The notes: generated by a model from the sequence alone, not told the origin. DNA of 64,000 bases from an uncultured Verrucomicrobiota bacterium (GCA_964640185.1 CAZXGF010000005.1:1-64000); one strand, 5' to 3'. Counted from the stretch's first letter, positions 19,618-29,548 are shown. Numbers and translations: made by a program.

Positions 19618-20323
19618 TCTTCCGCTCCTTTCGCATTTAGAAGTTCGACGCGTTCCATCTGAGCCAGTATTTCAATCATTCGCTTACCGATCCCGAGATT
19701 CCCGAGAGACGATCGCTCCTCATTTTTCGGCGCCACAATGTCGCGCCAGAGGTGACCGTTTAGCCGACAGGTTGTGCGTCATCGAAGACTTGGCGATGGA
19801 GGCCCCAGCGGAATCGCACAACCCCTTCTTGCGGGGGTTTTCTGTCGCTTGGCTGGTTCTGCACGGACGCTCTGCGGCCAACGTGAGGCAAGCTCGTCAG
19901 AATCGCGCTGCACACTATTGCGGCCGGCGGTACGATTGTGTACACTTCGAGTATTGTCTCCAAATATCGGAGATGTTTGCTCCGTGGTTACATCGAAAGC
20001 CCGAACCACGGTTTCAGATTCAACCGGTAGGGCTGGCGGAAAACGGGAGCGTGGCTCCGGTTACACCCCCCGCTCGCCCTGTAATCCGCCGGCCTGCCGG
20101 GTCTTCTCTCCGCTTCTTCAGGGCTAATCGTGAGTTCAAACGCAAAGGCCCTTCACGGTTAAGCAAGCTTCATGCCGGGCAAACTTCTTCGGCCGTTTAG
20201 CCCTCTTGCCTCGCCAGGCTCCTGCGAAACCCAAGATGACAAGCCGACAGAAAAGCCGATAAGAATACCCCCGAGTTCTCGTTTTTCGCTCCGAATCTCC
20301 GCGATGCTGACCTGGCACGCCTA

Positions 20324-20338
20324 TTGCAATGGCCACTC
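20324..20338 (+). promoter_or_regulatory. Sigma-54 (RpoN) -24/-12 promoter, TGGCACG-N4-TTGCA
   Basis: ctGGCACgcctaTTGCAat is an exact match to the consensus spacing, about 78 bp upstream of the ATG at 20416. Confidence 0.6.
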
Positions 20339-20415
20339 TTTGGTCGGAGCTTTCGGGCTACGTGAGTTCCATCTTGTTGTGAACGAGGGTCCCTTCCTAC
20401 GGAGGAGAAGTTCTC

Positions 20416-22023
20416 ATGGATAATGTGCATTTCAGCGTTCAGACGGAGCATCCGACGGGCGGAGCGGGCGCTATCAGAAAACTCCTTTTGCAGAGCTGCC
20501 CTGTAATTGCCCTCATCGTCAGCTTGTTTTCGTTCTGCGGGGCAACGGCGAGCACGACGTGGTATGTGGACGGTTGGATTTCGCCGTCGGGTGATGGCAC
20601 ATCCTGGCTGACGGGTTTCAACACAATTCAGCAGGGCATTGACGAGGCGTCCGATGGCGACACGGTCGTTGTCGCCCCCGGCGCCTATTTCGAGAACATT
20701 CACTTCAAGGGCAAGAACATAGTCCTCCGCAGCAGGGCTCCCCACACTCCGGCATGGACCATTATTGATGGCAGCCAGGCGGGTCCCGTCGTCACCTTCT
20801 CCGGCACAGAAGACGAAACCTGCGTCCTTTCCGGCTTTACAGTCCGCAACGGGAAGGCCAAGGACGCCGAGGGCGCCGGAATTTGCGGCGGGACAAGCGA
20901 ACACCACACTCGCGCCACCATAGAGAACAACATCATCACCGCCAACTTCGGCATAGACGCCTTTGCTCGCGGCGGGGGGCTGGCTTACTGCGACGGCACG
21001 ATCGAGAACAACACGATTACCGGCAACACGCTGATTATGCCCCCGATTTTTCCGGGGCAAAACAGCGAAGGCGGTGGGCTGTACAAGTGTAACGGTCGCA
21101 TCCGGGACAATACGATTTCAGACAACACCGCCGACCCAATAGGAAAAGGCGGCGGGTTGTGCAGATGCCAGGGCAGTATCGAGAACAACACCATCTCTGG
21201 AAACTCCGCCGCGTACGGCGGCGGACTCTTCGTGTGCGGAGCCGAGATCGTGAACAACATCATCGAGGGCAACTCCTCAGATAACGAGGGCGGCGGGCTG
21301 TATAAGTGCGATGGCGCCATTCGCAGCAACTCGATTATCGGCAACTCGGCCGGCTATGGCGGGGGGCTTTCTGCCTGTGAGGGCACGGTCCTCAATAACA
21401 CCATCGTCGGGAACTGGACGACATCCCCCGACGGCGCCGGTGGCGGGCTTTACGTTTGCAGTGGTCAGATACGCAACTGCATCATCTGGGGAAATAACGC
21501 CTCGCAGTGCGAGCAACTCCTCGGTTCCAGAGATGTTGCCTATTCATGCGTAGAGGGATGGACCGGTGATGGACAAGGGAACATAGCCCTGAATCCACGC
21601 TTCGTTGATCCGGATGGTCCCGACAACGACTCAAACACGTACGACGATAACAACTATCGCCTCTCGTCGGATTCGCCATGTGTTGACGCAGGGGACAACT
21701 CGGTGCTCGACCAACCCGGGTTCGACCTCGATAGGAACTTGCGCATCGCCTTTGGCGGAGCATCGCTTACCGTGGATGTGGGAGCCTACGAGTACAATTC
21801 TGTGCCGCTCGCGGCGCCCCGCGTCGCAGTGGACGATGGCGGCGGCATCCGCCTCACCTGGGACAGCCAGCCGAACGACACCTTTACCGTCTCGTCATGC
21901 GTTGACCTCTTCACCGGCGTGTGGCTTGAGGAAGCAACAATTTCCTCCGACGGGGCAACCATCTCCTGGACGGATGCGACCCTCCTCAGCGACGCGAAAT
22001 TCTATCGCATCGAAGCAAAGTAG
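20416..22023 (+). CDS. Secreted right-handed parallel beta-helix repeat protein (pectin-lyase fold) with a C-terminal domain ending KFYRIEAK
   Basis: Repeated NNTITGN / DNTISDN / NNIIEGNS..GGGL coils. Signal peptide. RBS GGAGGAG. Confidence 0.8.
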   Translation: MDNVHFSVQTEHPTGGAGAIRKLLLQSCPVIALIVSLFSFCGATASTTWYVDGWISPSGDGTSWLTGFNTIQQGIDEASDGDTVVVAPGAYFENIHFKGKNIVLRSRAPHTPAWTIIDGSQAGPVVTFSGTEDETCVLSGFTVRNGKAKDAEGAGICGGTSEHHTRATIENNIITANFGIDAFARGGGLAYCDGTIENNTITGNTLIMPPIFPGQNSEGGGLYKCNGRIRDNTISDNTADPIGKGGGLCRCQGSIENNTISGNSAAYGGGLFVCGAEIVNNIIEGNSSDNEGGGLYKCDGAIRSNSIIGNSAGYGGGLSACEGTVLNNTIVGNWTTSPDGAGGGLYVCSGQIRNCIIWGNNASQCEQLLGSRDVAYSCVEGWTGDGQGNIALNPRFVDPDGPDNDSNTYDDNNYRLSSDSPCVDAGDNSVLDQPGFDLDRNLRIAFGGASLTVDVGAYEYNSVPLAAPRVAVDDGGGIRLTWDSQPNDTFTVSSCVDLFTGVWLEEATISSDGATISWTDATLLSDAKFYRIEAK

Positions 22024-22267
22024 TCGCGAAAACGGCAAGCGGAAAGAGGTCACGAACCCGGCGTCCGCTTTCGACGCCTGGCGCAGCAAAGGCGTCGGGT
22101 GCGGCTGCGGTTAAGTGGTAGAGGAATTGCCTTTCGATTGTTTCTCGCGCGTTGCAGGTTTCCGAGTCACGAACTGCAAAGGTGAGATAAATGCCCTTGA
22201 TCGAGTCCACGTGGATTGAGGGGACCCATCGGTCCCGTAGCTTTGATTAGGAGGCTGCTGGTTGTAC

Positions 22268-22372
22268 CGCCGGCATCTTGTCCCGCGTTCCGCGGGAGGG
22301 CATCTTGCCCCCGCTGTCCCGCCCGGGGCGGGAGACTCCCTCGGGACTGCCCCGCCATGGCGGGGCGGCGTT
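22268..22372. repeat. Cluster of GC-rich hairpin modules (cccgcgttccgcggg; ccccgccatggcgggg; cgagggcgtctcgccctcg type)
   Basis: The same modules are seen at 785-870, 25441-25490, 40620-40680, 40975-41020 and 63830-63870. Confidence 0.7.
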
Positions 22373-22389
22373 ACTCTTCGCAAACTCAC

Positions 22390-22528
22390 CCACTGAAACG
22401 TAGCCGCACCCAAGGCATCGCATCACGGGTGCACAAACCAGGCGGCGGTCCCTTCAACCTTCCCACCCTGACACCGCCTCTAAAGAAATGGCCGAAAAAC
22501 AGGTCTGGGTGCGGCTACATTTGAGTGG
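22390..22528. mobile_element. Small MITE (139 bp) bounded by 22-bp TIRs ccactgaaacgtagccgcaccc / gggtgcggctacatttgagtgg
   Basis: The inverted 22-mers were read directly. It shares its right TIR with the adjacent larger element. Confidence 0.7.
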
Positions 22529-22927
22529 CGGAACTGTCCTTGGACCTTGCCCGTGCCGGAATCTTGACCCCATCCCCCCACTCACCTTTACGAAAAGGAG
22601 AAAACGCCGGGCTATTCGAACTGGCCTCGAGGAATCTTTCGAGTCGTGACGCACATATCTCGCCCTTTCAGGGCTCATCATTCTTGAACGGGGGCGCTTT
22701 CTCAGGGCCTTGCCCTGAGCTTTATTAAGTCTGCCCTTACAGGGCGACCCCAAAGCAACTTCAGCCCCGAAGGGGCGCAATATTCCAGCCCAGGGCAACG
22801 CCCTGGGAAAGTCGTACGTGATGAAATACAAAAGCCCTGAAGGGGCGTGATAGGCTCATCCCCAATACACGGTTTGCTCCAGACACATGAGAGCCGACCC
22901 GCCTGCCACTGAAATGGAGCCACACCC
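22507..22927 (+). mobile_element. MITE-like element (about 420 bp) with TIRs gggtgcggctacatttgagtgg (22507-22528) and ccactgaaatggagccacaccc (22906-22927). Inverted copy of 1095-1497
   Basis: Co-linear reverse-complement similarity to 1095-1497. No transposase present. Confidence 0.7.
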
Positions 22928-23014
22928 GAGACAAAGGGAGGGCCGCAACTATCTGGCATAAAAAGAGTTGCGGCACTACTCGTTCTGCGGCAACCGCCTG
23001 CAAAATCCTGGTGA

Positions 23015-23060
23015 AACGGATTAGAAATCCGTTGCTCTATCCAACTGAGCCACGGGCGCC
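23015..23060 (-). tRNA. tRNA-Arg(TCT)-like 5' half (acceptor strand, D-arm, anticodon arm). The T-arm and 3' acceptor strand were not found, so it is likely truncated or disrupted
   Basis: On the minus strand the sequence GGCGCCCGTGGCTCAGTTGGATAGAGCAACGGATTTCTAATCCGTT closely matches E. coli argU through the anticodon arm. No GGTTCGAATCC-type T-arm or complementary 3' acceptor was seen within 150 bp. Confidence 0.45.
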
Positions 23061-23066
23061 CCGGCG

Positions 23067-24599
23067 CTATTCTGCTGGCGGCGCCTTTTTAACCTTAGAT
23101 TTGGTTTCCGCCTTCTGTTCCGATGGCGGTTGCTGCTGCTTTTTAGATTCATCCGATATCTTGCCGAGGAACTCCGGCAGATCGAGGCCCATCTGTTTCG
23201 CTAACTCGTGCATGGGAGGCAGCGCGCCCATAAGTCGCCCGCCAAACCCCGACAATCCACCTTCCCGTCCTTGTCCCCCGCCGGTATCCCATACGAAGAT
23301 CTTCTCTATCGGCAGGTCCTGGATAGCCTGGGCTTGGATACTGGCGATTTCCTGCAACTTCTCGATGAGCAGAAGCGAAGCAGCCTGCGGAGCGGTACGG
23401 CAAGCCTCGACCAGTGCGCGATACCCAACGGCCTTGCCGTCGAGGATCGCCTGGATGCCTTTCGCTTCCGCGGTCATCTTAGCGAGTGTCGCTTGGGCTT
23501 CGCCTTCTGCGATACGAATGGCTTGTTGTTTTTGAGCCTCGGCCGTGATAATTACCTTCTCGCGGCCGGCGTTGGCAGGCACAATCACCTCCGCCTTGAG
23601 GCGTGCCGCCTCGCGTTCAGCACGAGCCTCCTCCGCCTTCTTTTGGGCGATTTGCTCCGACACGCGAATAGCGCCGTCCGCTTCACGAGCCGCAGACTCG
23701 AAACGGTTCCTCGCTTCTTCCTCGGCGACTCTCTGGTTGGCGCGATAGCTTGCCTTCTTGCCGTCTGCCTCCGTTTCAGCGTGGACAGCCTCGGCATCCA
23801 GTTCGGCGGCCTTCATACGCTTGTCACGGCTGGCGGTGGCTTCGCCGATCTCCGCCACGGCATTTGCGGCGGCAACCGCCACCCTCTGATCACGCTGCCG
23901 CACCGCGACACCGGTCTCGCCCAGCTTCTCCTGTTCGGCGACATCAATGTTCGCCTGCTGGATCGCTTCAGCCGCTGCCCGACGTCCCAGTGCTTCGATA
24001 TAACCCGATTCGTCCACAATGTCCCGGATGTTCACGTTGATCAGCGTCAGGCCGATCTTCTCGATCTCCCCGGAGACCGCCTCGTTGACCTTGGACATAA
24101 ACGCCTGGCGGTCGCGGTTGATGTCCTCGATCTCCATGGTGGCTATGACCGCACGCATCTGTCCGAGAATGATGTCCTGGGCCTGATCTTCGATGTCTTG
24201 GCGCGACAGTCCCAACAGGCGAACGGCGGCGTTCTCCATGATGCCCGCCTGTTTCGAGATCGCTGCCGTCACTGTCGTCGGCACGCTCACGCGGATGTTC
24301 TCCTGTGACAGGGCGGCCTTCAGGTCAATCGTAACCACGAACGGCTCCAGGTCGAGATAGTCGTACGCCTGGAACAACGGCCACACAAGTGTCGCCCCCC
24401 CGTGAATGCACTCTGCCGCCCCTTTGCCGGTCTTACCATACTTGACCAGGATCCTGTTGGATGGGCAGCGCTTGTAGCGATTCGCCATGCTGATGAGCAG
24501 GATGACGACAGCAAGACCAAGAATCACCCCAAGAATCAGCGCGGGATTAGCCGCCGCCACTGGCGCAAGAAGTAATGCACGGATGAATTGTCCGACCAT
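23067..24599 (-). CDS. Flotillin-like SPFH/band-7 domain protein (YqiK/FloT-like)
   Basis: N-terminal TM, SPFH domain, long Ala/Glu/Arg/Lys-rich coiled coil, C-terminal low-complexity tail. RBS AAGGAGG. Confidence 0.85.
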   Translation of the reverse strand: MVGQFIRALLLAPVAAANPALILGVILGLAVVILLISMANRYKRCPSNRILVKYGKTGKGAAECIHGGATLVWPLFQAYDYLDLEPFVVTIDLKAALSQENIRVSVPTTVTAAISKQAGIMENAAVRLLGLSRQDIEDQAQDIILGQMRAVIATMEIEDINRDRQAFMSKVNEAVSGEIEKIGLTLINVNIRDIVDESGYIEALGRRAAAEAIQQANIDVAEQEKLGETGVAVRQRDQRVAVAAANAVAEIGEATASRDKRMKAAELDAEAVHAETEADGKKASYRANQRVAEEEARNRFESAAREADGAIRVSEQIAQKKAEEARAEREAARLKAEVIVPANAGREKVIITAEAQKQQAIRIAEGEAQATLAKMTAEAKGIQAILDGKAVGYRALVEACRTAPQAASLLLIEKLQEIASIQAQAIQDLPIEKIFVWDTGGGQGREGGLSGFGGRLMGALPPMHELAKQMGLDLPEFLGKISDESKKQQQPPSEQKAETKSKVKKAPPAE

Positions 24600-24617
24600 G
24601 ATGATACCTCCTTCTCA

Positions 24618-25238
24618 TTATTCCTCTTCCTCAACAGGCACAACTTCAACTGTCGTTTGGTCCAGACGACGAACAACGCCGATTGGAGTGCCCGCCTTCA
24701 GTTCCTTTCCGTGGGCGGATCGGGCCCTGACGTAGGAAATCACACCGCTCTCCATGACCCGCACCTCTCCCACCCCATCTTCGGGGATGTCCAGATAAAC
24801 AGTTCCCGGCTTGCCAATGCACGTTCTCAGGTCACTCGTTCCCGCTTTCGTGAGCTTTCGCAGCCCCCAGAAAATCAAGGCGACACTGAACATCCCCGCG
24901 AGCCCCCAGATCACCGAATATCCAATGGCAGTGGAAGAGGGTTGGCCCCAGTTGAGATACAGAGCACCGCCCCACGTAAATAAGGTGAAAAAGCTGATTA
25001 TTGACCGTATGCTGACGAGTTTGAAGGAAGCGACTGCGTCAGCCGCATCAACCTCAGCATCGTAATCAACGTCATCAACGTCGCCGACGTCATCCACGTC
25101 TCCCCCCTCACCGCCCAACCCTATCAAAGCTGCCACCAATTGCCACAGAAAGAAGACGCTGAAAAATGCCGCGGCGCCATAGAAGGTCTGGTTGAGCGGT
25201 GTCAGACTGTTCCACCAATTGCTAAACCATTCTGGCAT
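24618..25238 (-). CDS. NfeD-like membrane protein (YqiJ-like) with a C-terminal OB-fold, partner of flotillin
   Basis: TM helices, an acidic DVDDVGDVDDVD linker and a C-terminal beta-rich domain. Immediately upstream of the flotillin gene, which is the canonical pair. Confidence 0.7.
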   Translation of the reverse strand: MPEWFSNWWNSLTPLNQTFYGAAAFFSVFFLWQLVAALIGLGGEGGDVDDVGDVDDVDYDAEVDAADAVASFKLVSIRSIISFFTLFTWGGALYLNWGQPSSTAIGYSVIWGLAGMFSVALIFWGLRKLTKAGTSDLRTCIGKPGTVYLDIPEDGVGEVRVMESGVISYVRARSAHGKELKAGTPIGVVRRLDQTTVEVVPVEEEE

Positions 25239-25379
25239 GACCCTGCTCCTCTGTAAGGCCGAGGTGTATCTTCCCCCGTTCTCTGCGCCTGCTGTGAAAA
25301 TGACTCGCTAATTGCCACGCGTAGCAGCTTTTACCATATTAGCCCGGACACTGCAACGGGAAAAACCCGGGCACTGTAA

Positions 25380-25960
25380 TGCGTCACTTACGGGCGGCTG
25401 AGGGTGCAACCGCACGGCCCGCGGACCACGCGGAGCCGGCCTTGTACCCCCGGCATCTTGTCCCGCGTTCCGCGGGAGGGCATCCTGCGCCCGACTGGCT
25501 CCGGCTGTACCCTTCACGGCAAAAAAGCCGCCCCCACATGGCATCCCGCCGGAGGCGGGCCCCGTAGGAATCATGGGCAAGATGCCCATGCCACGGCAGC
25601 AAAGGACTCGGTTCTTCTCATCTTCCTCTCTGCGCCTCTGCCTTGTCCTATTCCTCCCTTTTTCCCTCCCCCGCCAAGGCGGGGTTTCCGCCCGAGACTG
25701 AGGGCTTACAAGGGGGGCGTGGCCGCGTTTGCGGGGCATATCGGGCACGGCCCCTGTCATTCTCGTCGTGGTCGCCACGCCGCCGCAGGCAGGGCTGCCG
25801 GGCTTTAGCCGGCGCCACCCTTAGCCACCGGCTTTAGTCGGTGGTATCGGATACGAGATTCTTCTCGTGACAGCCGGCTTCAGCCGGGCTTCTCGACCAA
25901 AGGATTCATCCGAAGTATGCCACGCAAATACGGCCGCACCCAACCAGGGCACTTGGAAAG
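25380..25960. repeat. Repeat island of hairpin modules. It ends with a 22-nt TIR-like motif (ccacgcaaatacggccgcaccc, 25920-25941) preceded by gccgggcttctcgaccaaaggattcatccgaag
   Basis: Near-identical module string at 35020-35096. The CATGGGCAAGATGCCCATG palindrome lies at about 25573. The ORFs here are almost certainly spurious. Confidence 0.7.
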
Positions 25961-25975
25961 CCGTTTTGGATTCCT

Positions 25976-26830
25976 TCAAGAGTGTTTCAACGCCTCCGCT
26001 CCGGAGACCACATCCAGCAGTTCCTCGGTGATGTCATTCTGGCGCTGGATGCGCGCCCGGAGCTGCAGATCCTTGAGGGTGTCGTCAATGTTGTTCTTGG
26101 CGGCCTCCATGGATTGAAGTCGCATGCCGTTCTCGCCGGCGAGGCTCTCAGTGAAGGCGCGGTAGAGCGAAATGAAGGTGTATTCGTGCACCAGCTCCCA
26201 CAGAAGCCGCACCCGCGACAGGGCGAGATGCGGCGGAGAAGTGCGCGCCTTTTCGGCCTCGCGCCATTGGGTGAGGTCCAGCGGAAGGACGCGTTCGAAC
26301 GCGGGCTTGATTCGCCCCGGCGAGAGGTAGCGCGCGTAAAGCAGGTACAACTGAGCGAACGCATTGCGTCCATGAAGCTCGAGGACGATTTTGGCAATCT
26401 CATGAATGACCGCATCAACGCCGTCCGGCGAGGTCGTGGAGGGCAGTTCGGCAAGAATCGCGAGTTTCTCCCTTCGTATCAGGCCCGGGCCGCGCTTGCC
26501 AACGACGATGAATTGGGGCCCACTCGCGGTTGCGGCGTGCTTCACTGCCGCCTCCGCCATAACCTCGTTGAAGCGCCCGCAGAGACCCTGCTCCGAGAAG
26601 AACGCCAGAATCGCCGTCCCCCGCCCTTCGCTTTCCGGAAGACGGATTTCTCGCCCGAACAGACAATCCTCTATTGCGTGGCCGACCGTGTCGGCGTAGG
26701 CGCGGACGCCGTCCAGACGCTCCTCGGCTCGGCTCAGGTATGTCGCCGCGAGGGAACGCATCGAGTGAATGATGTCGCGCAGCCCCTCAATCGTCTGAAT
26801 TTGTCTCTCGATCTGGCGTCGGTTCGGCAT
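25976..26830 (-). CDS. atpG: ATP synthase (N-type) gamma subunit
   Basis: MPNRRQIERQIQTIEGLRDI is the typical gamma N-terminus and there is a C-terminal helix. It is the last gene of the operon. Confidence 0.85.
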   Translation of the reverse strand: MPNRRQIERQIQTIEGLRDIIHSMRSLAATYLSRAEERLDGVRAYADTVGHAIEDCLFGREIRLPESEGRGTAILAFFSEQGLCGRFNEVMAEAAVKHAATASGPQFIVVGKRGPGLIRREKLAILAELPSTTSPDGVDAVIHEIAKIVLELHGRNAFAQLYLLYARYLSPGRIKPAFERVLPLDLTQWREAEKARTSPPHLALSRVRLLWELVHEYTFISLYRAFTESLAGENGMRLQSMEAAKNNIDDTLKDLQLRARIQRQNDITEELLDVVSGAEALKHS

Positions 26831-28583
26831 CGTTTACGTCGTCCACGTCATCCGGTGTGGCGGCCGCGGGCTGGACTTCCGCTTTCTCTTCGTGAGATGC
26901 TTCCGTCCGCTTTTCCCGCTTTTTCTCCACGGCTTCCGTTTTCGGCTCCTCCTTCTTCTCCGGCGAGGGTTCCCCTTTTTCAGGCGGAGGTTTCTCCTCT
27001 GAGAAATCTGCGGCGATGGCCTCGATGCTCTTCGCGAGGGCGTCCCACTCGGTATCCTGGAGCTCCTCTCCGCTCTCGATTTTCTTCAGAAGCTTGCCAT
27101 GCTTCGCCGGAATCATCTCCCGCAGAGTTTGTTGAAAGCGCGCCAGTTTTTCGAGGGGGATGTTGTCCACAATGCCACGGTCCACGGAGAGAAGGATGGC
27201 CACCTGCTCGCCCGCAGTCAGCGGGTCGAGCCGCTGCTGCTTCAGAATCTCGCGGATGCGGCGTCCGCGTTCGATCTTTTTCTGCGTCTCCTCCTCCACG
27301 GTGGCGCCGAAGCGGGTGAATATCTCCAGCTCTGCGAACTGGGCGTACTCGAGGCGCAGTTGCTTCACCACGGCGCGCATGGCGGGCAGTTGCGTCCTGC
27401 CTCCGACCCGCGATACCGATTTGCCGACGTGGATGGCGGGCTTCACGCCTTTGTAAAAGAGGTCCGGGTCCAGAAAGACCTGCCCGTCCGTGATGGAGAT
27501 GAGGTTGGTCGGAATGTACGCCGAGATGTTTTTCGCCTGCGTCTCCACAATCGGCAACGCGGTGAGGCTGCCGCCGCCCATCTCCTCCTTCAGTCTCGTC
27601 GCCCTTTCGAGAAGGCGGGAGTGAATGAAGAAGATGTCGCCGGGGTAAGCCTCGCGGCCCGGTGGGCGGCGCAACAGCAGCGAGATCTCCCGATAGGCGC
27701 GCGCGTGGCGGGTGAGATCGTCGTAGATGACGATAACGTCCCTGCCCTTCCGCATGAAGTACTCGCCCATCGTCGTGGCGGCGTACGGCACAATATATTG
27801 CAGACCGGGGGAGTCATCGGCGTCCGCGCACACCACGATGCTCTGGCGCATGACGCCGTGGCTCAACAGTGATTCCGTCACACGCTTCACCGACGAGACC
27901 TTCTGGCCAATCGCCACGTAGATGCAGATGACGTCACTCCCTCGCTGACTGAGAATGGTGTCCACGGCGAGCGCCGTTTTGCCGACCGCACGGTCGCCCA
28001 CGATAAGCTCACGCTGCCCTCGGCCTATGGGAATCAACGCGTCCACAGCTTTAACGCCGGTGACGAGCTGTTGGACCACCGGGAGGCGGTCGAGGATCGG
28101 CGGCGCCTCCGCCTCGATAGGGTCCCGGCGCTCATGCTCGATGAACCCCTCGCCGTCAAGCGGCCGGCCCAGGGCGTCCACCACGCGGCCGAGCAGCGCC
28201 TCCCCAACGGGCACGACCACCACCTCGCCGGTGAGCCTCACAGGGTCCCCCGCCGAGAGCTTCTTATCCTCGCCAAGCAGGATGCAGCCTATCTCTTCGG
28301 GGTCAAGGTTAAACACCAACCCGTAAACGTTCCCCGGGCATCGCAGCAGCTCATTGAAGCGCGCCTCAGGTAGCCCGCTGACCGTCGCCACCCCATCCGC
28401 GACGTGAATGATCCGGCCCACGTGTTCAACCCGGCCCGTGAGCTCGCGCTTGGTCACGGCCTTCCTCATTTCGCCGAGCCAGGAGGTTACGAACTCCGAC
28501 AGGTGAGGCTCAAACTCCAGCAGAGATTGCGCCTCTTCGGCGAGTTTATCAATCGGTTGGGAAATCGTGCTTTCGGCTGACAT
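26787..28583 (-). CDS. atpA: ATP synthase (N-type) alpha subunit, 598 aa, with an N-terminal extension of about 20 aa and a Lys/Glu/Pro-rich C-terminal tail of about 75 aa
   Basis: GDRAVGKT Walker A and the full alpha core, then EEKPPPEKGEPSPEKKEEPKTEAVEKKREKRTEA...DD beyond the normal C-terminus. Confidence 0.9.
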   Translation of the reverse strand: MSAESTISQPIDKLAEEAQSLLEFEPHLSEFVTSWLGEMRKAVTKRELTGRVEHVGRIIHVADGVATVSGLPEARFNELLRCPGNVYGLVFNLDPEEIGCILLGEDKKLSAGDPVRLTGEVVVVPVGEALLGRVVDALGRPLDGEGFIEHERRDPIEAEAPPILDRLPVVQQLVTGVKAVDALIPIGRGQRELIVGDRAVGKTALAVDTILSQRGSDVICIYVAIGQKVSSVKRVTESLLSHGVMRQSIVVCADADDSPGLQYIVPYAATTMGEYFMRKGRDVIVIYDDLTRHARAYREISLLLRRPPGREAYPGDIFFIHSRLLERATRLKEEMGGGSLTALPIVETQAKNISAYIPTNLISITDGQVFLDPDLFYKGVKPAIHVGKSVSRVGGRTQLPAMRAVVKQLRLEYAQFAELEIFTRFGATVEEETQKKIERGRRIREILKQQRLDPLTAGEQVAILLSVDRGIVDNIPLEKLARFQQTLREMIPAKHGKLLKKIESGEELQDTEWDALAKSIEAIAADFSEEKPPPEKGEPSPEKKEEPKTEAVEKKREKRTEASHEEKAEVQPAAATPDDVDDVNDAEPTPDRETNSDD

Positions 28584-28630
28584 GGTTTACCAATGCAACG
28601 CCCCACGAGACCAGTGGCGGCAACCCTCCA

Positions 28631-29548
28631 TCACTTGCTACCCCGACTCCGCTTCGGCTTTTGCTTTCCTTCCGGTTTTGCCTCTTCCTTCGCTTCCACT
28701 TTCGGTTCCCGCGTGGATGTCTTCTTCGTCTTCGGCTCCGCTTCCTGCTTTGGCTTTTCCTTCGCCTTTTCCTTCCGCTGCTGCTTCGCCTGAGCTTGCT
28801 GCTTTTTCAGCGCTTCCTGCTGCTCCCGGAGAGACTCGTCTATCACACCACGCCAGTGCGCTTCCAGAAGGAGGTGTCCGAGCGTCACCTCCAGTCCCGC
28901 CAGCAGGGAGGGGTCTTCTTTTACCTCAAGCTCGATCTTCTTGACGCCTACCTTCTCAGCAAGCATGTTTCTCAGCCGGTCGAGCTGCTTGTCCGTCAGC
29001 GCCTCCGCGGAACGGACCGAAACGCGCTTCTCGGACTCACCCAAAGCCTTGCGTGCGCTTTCCAAATCCTCCTTGGACGTGTCATCCAGCAGCGCCTCGA
29101 GGCGTTCCAGCGCACGGTCGGTCAGCCTAACCGATGCGTCGCTCAGCGCCGAGCCGGCAACCTGCACGATAGTGTCGCGAAGCTCATCGGTGATTTTATC
29201 AAGCAGCTCGCTGCGTTCCTGATCCATAATGCGGCGGAAACGTTCCAGCCTGTCGCGGGCCAGCTCCTCGGCCTTCTTCAGCAGCTCTTTACGTTGGGCT
29301 TCGGCCCCGTCGCGAGCTTCCTTCAAAATGGAGTCTCGCTTTTCCTCAAGCTCCTTGGCGCGCTTTTCGGCCTCGGCGCGGATGCTCTCTGCCTGCTGAA
29401 GTTTCTTCTCCGCTTCCCGTAGCTCGGCTTCCATCTCATCCTTCCGCTGCTGCATCACCCGCCGCACGGGCTTGTAGAGCAGGAAATACAGAATCACGAC
29501 GAAGACGAGAATGTTAACGATCTGTCCAATGTAAGTCCAAACGGTCAT
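28631..29548 (-). CDS. atpF: ATP synthase (N-type) b subunit with a delta(OSCP)-like C-terminal region and a Lys-rich tail (probable b-delta fusion)
   Basis: N-terminal single TM and coiled coil. Residues around 200-260 (LTDKQLDRLRNMLAEKVGVKKIELEVKEDPSLLAGLEVTLGHLLLEAHWRGVIDESL) parallel the delta C-terminus (LSDEQLAKI...[36 protein letters not shown]). No separate delta gene is present in the operon. Confidence 0.75.
   Translation of the reverse strand: MTVWTYIGQIVNILVFVVILYFLLYKPVRRVMQQRKDEMEAELREAEKKLQQAESIRAEAEKRAKELEEKRDSILKEARDGAEAQRKELLKKAEELARDRLERFRRIMDQERSELLDKITDELRDTIVQVAGSALSDASVRLTDRALERLEALLDDTSKEDLESARKALGESEKRVSVRSAEALTDKQLDRLRNMLAEKVGVKKIELEVKEDPSLLAGLEVTLGHLLLEAHWRGVIDESLREQQEALKKQQAQAKQQRKEKAKEKPKQEAEPKTKKTSTREPKVEAKEEAKPEGKQKPKRSRGSK

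Noticed and set aside
20197-21060. 287-aa ORF on the minus strand
   Set aside because: It lies fully antisense inside the well-supported beta-helix protein gene (20416-22023). High GC gives long spurious antisense frames and there is no recognisable motif.
22060-22100. Possible intrinsic terminator after the beta-helix gene (GGCGTCcgctttcGACGCC)
   Set aside because: Hairpin present but not followed by a T-rich tract. Too weak to call.
22940-23062. Complete tRNA gene
   Set aside because: Only the 5' two-thirds of a tRNA-Arg(TCT) is recognisable. No T-arm consensus or 3' acceptor strand was found on either side, so it is reported only as a fragment.
25308-25808. ORFs of 134-156 aa on both strands
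   Set aside because: They sit entirely within the hairpin-module repeat island and encode low-complexity Pro/Arg/Gly-rich peptides. The same peptides recur wherever the repeat recurs.
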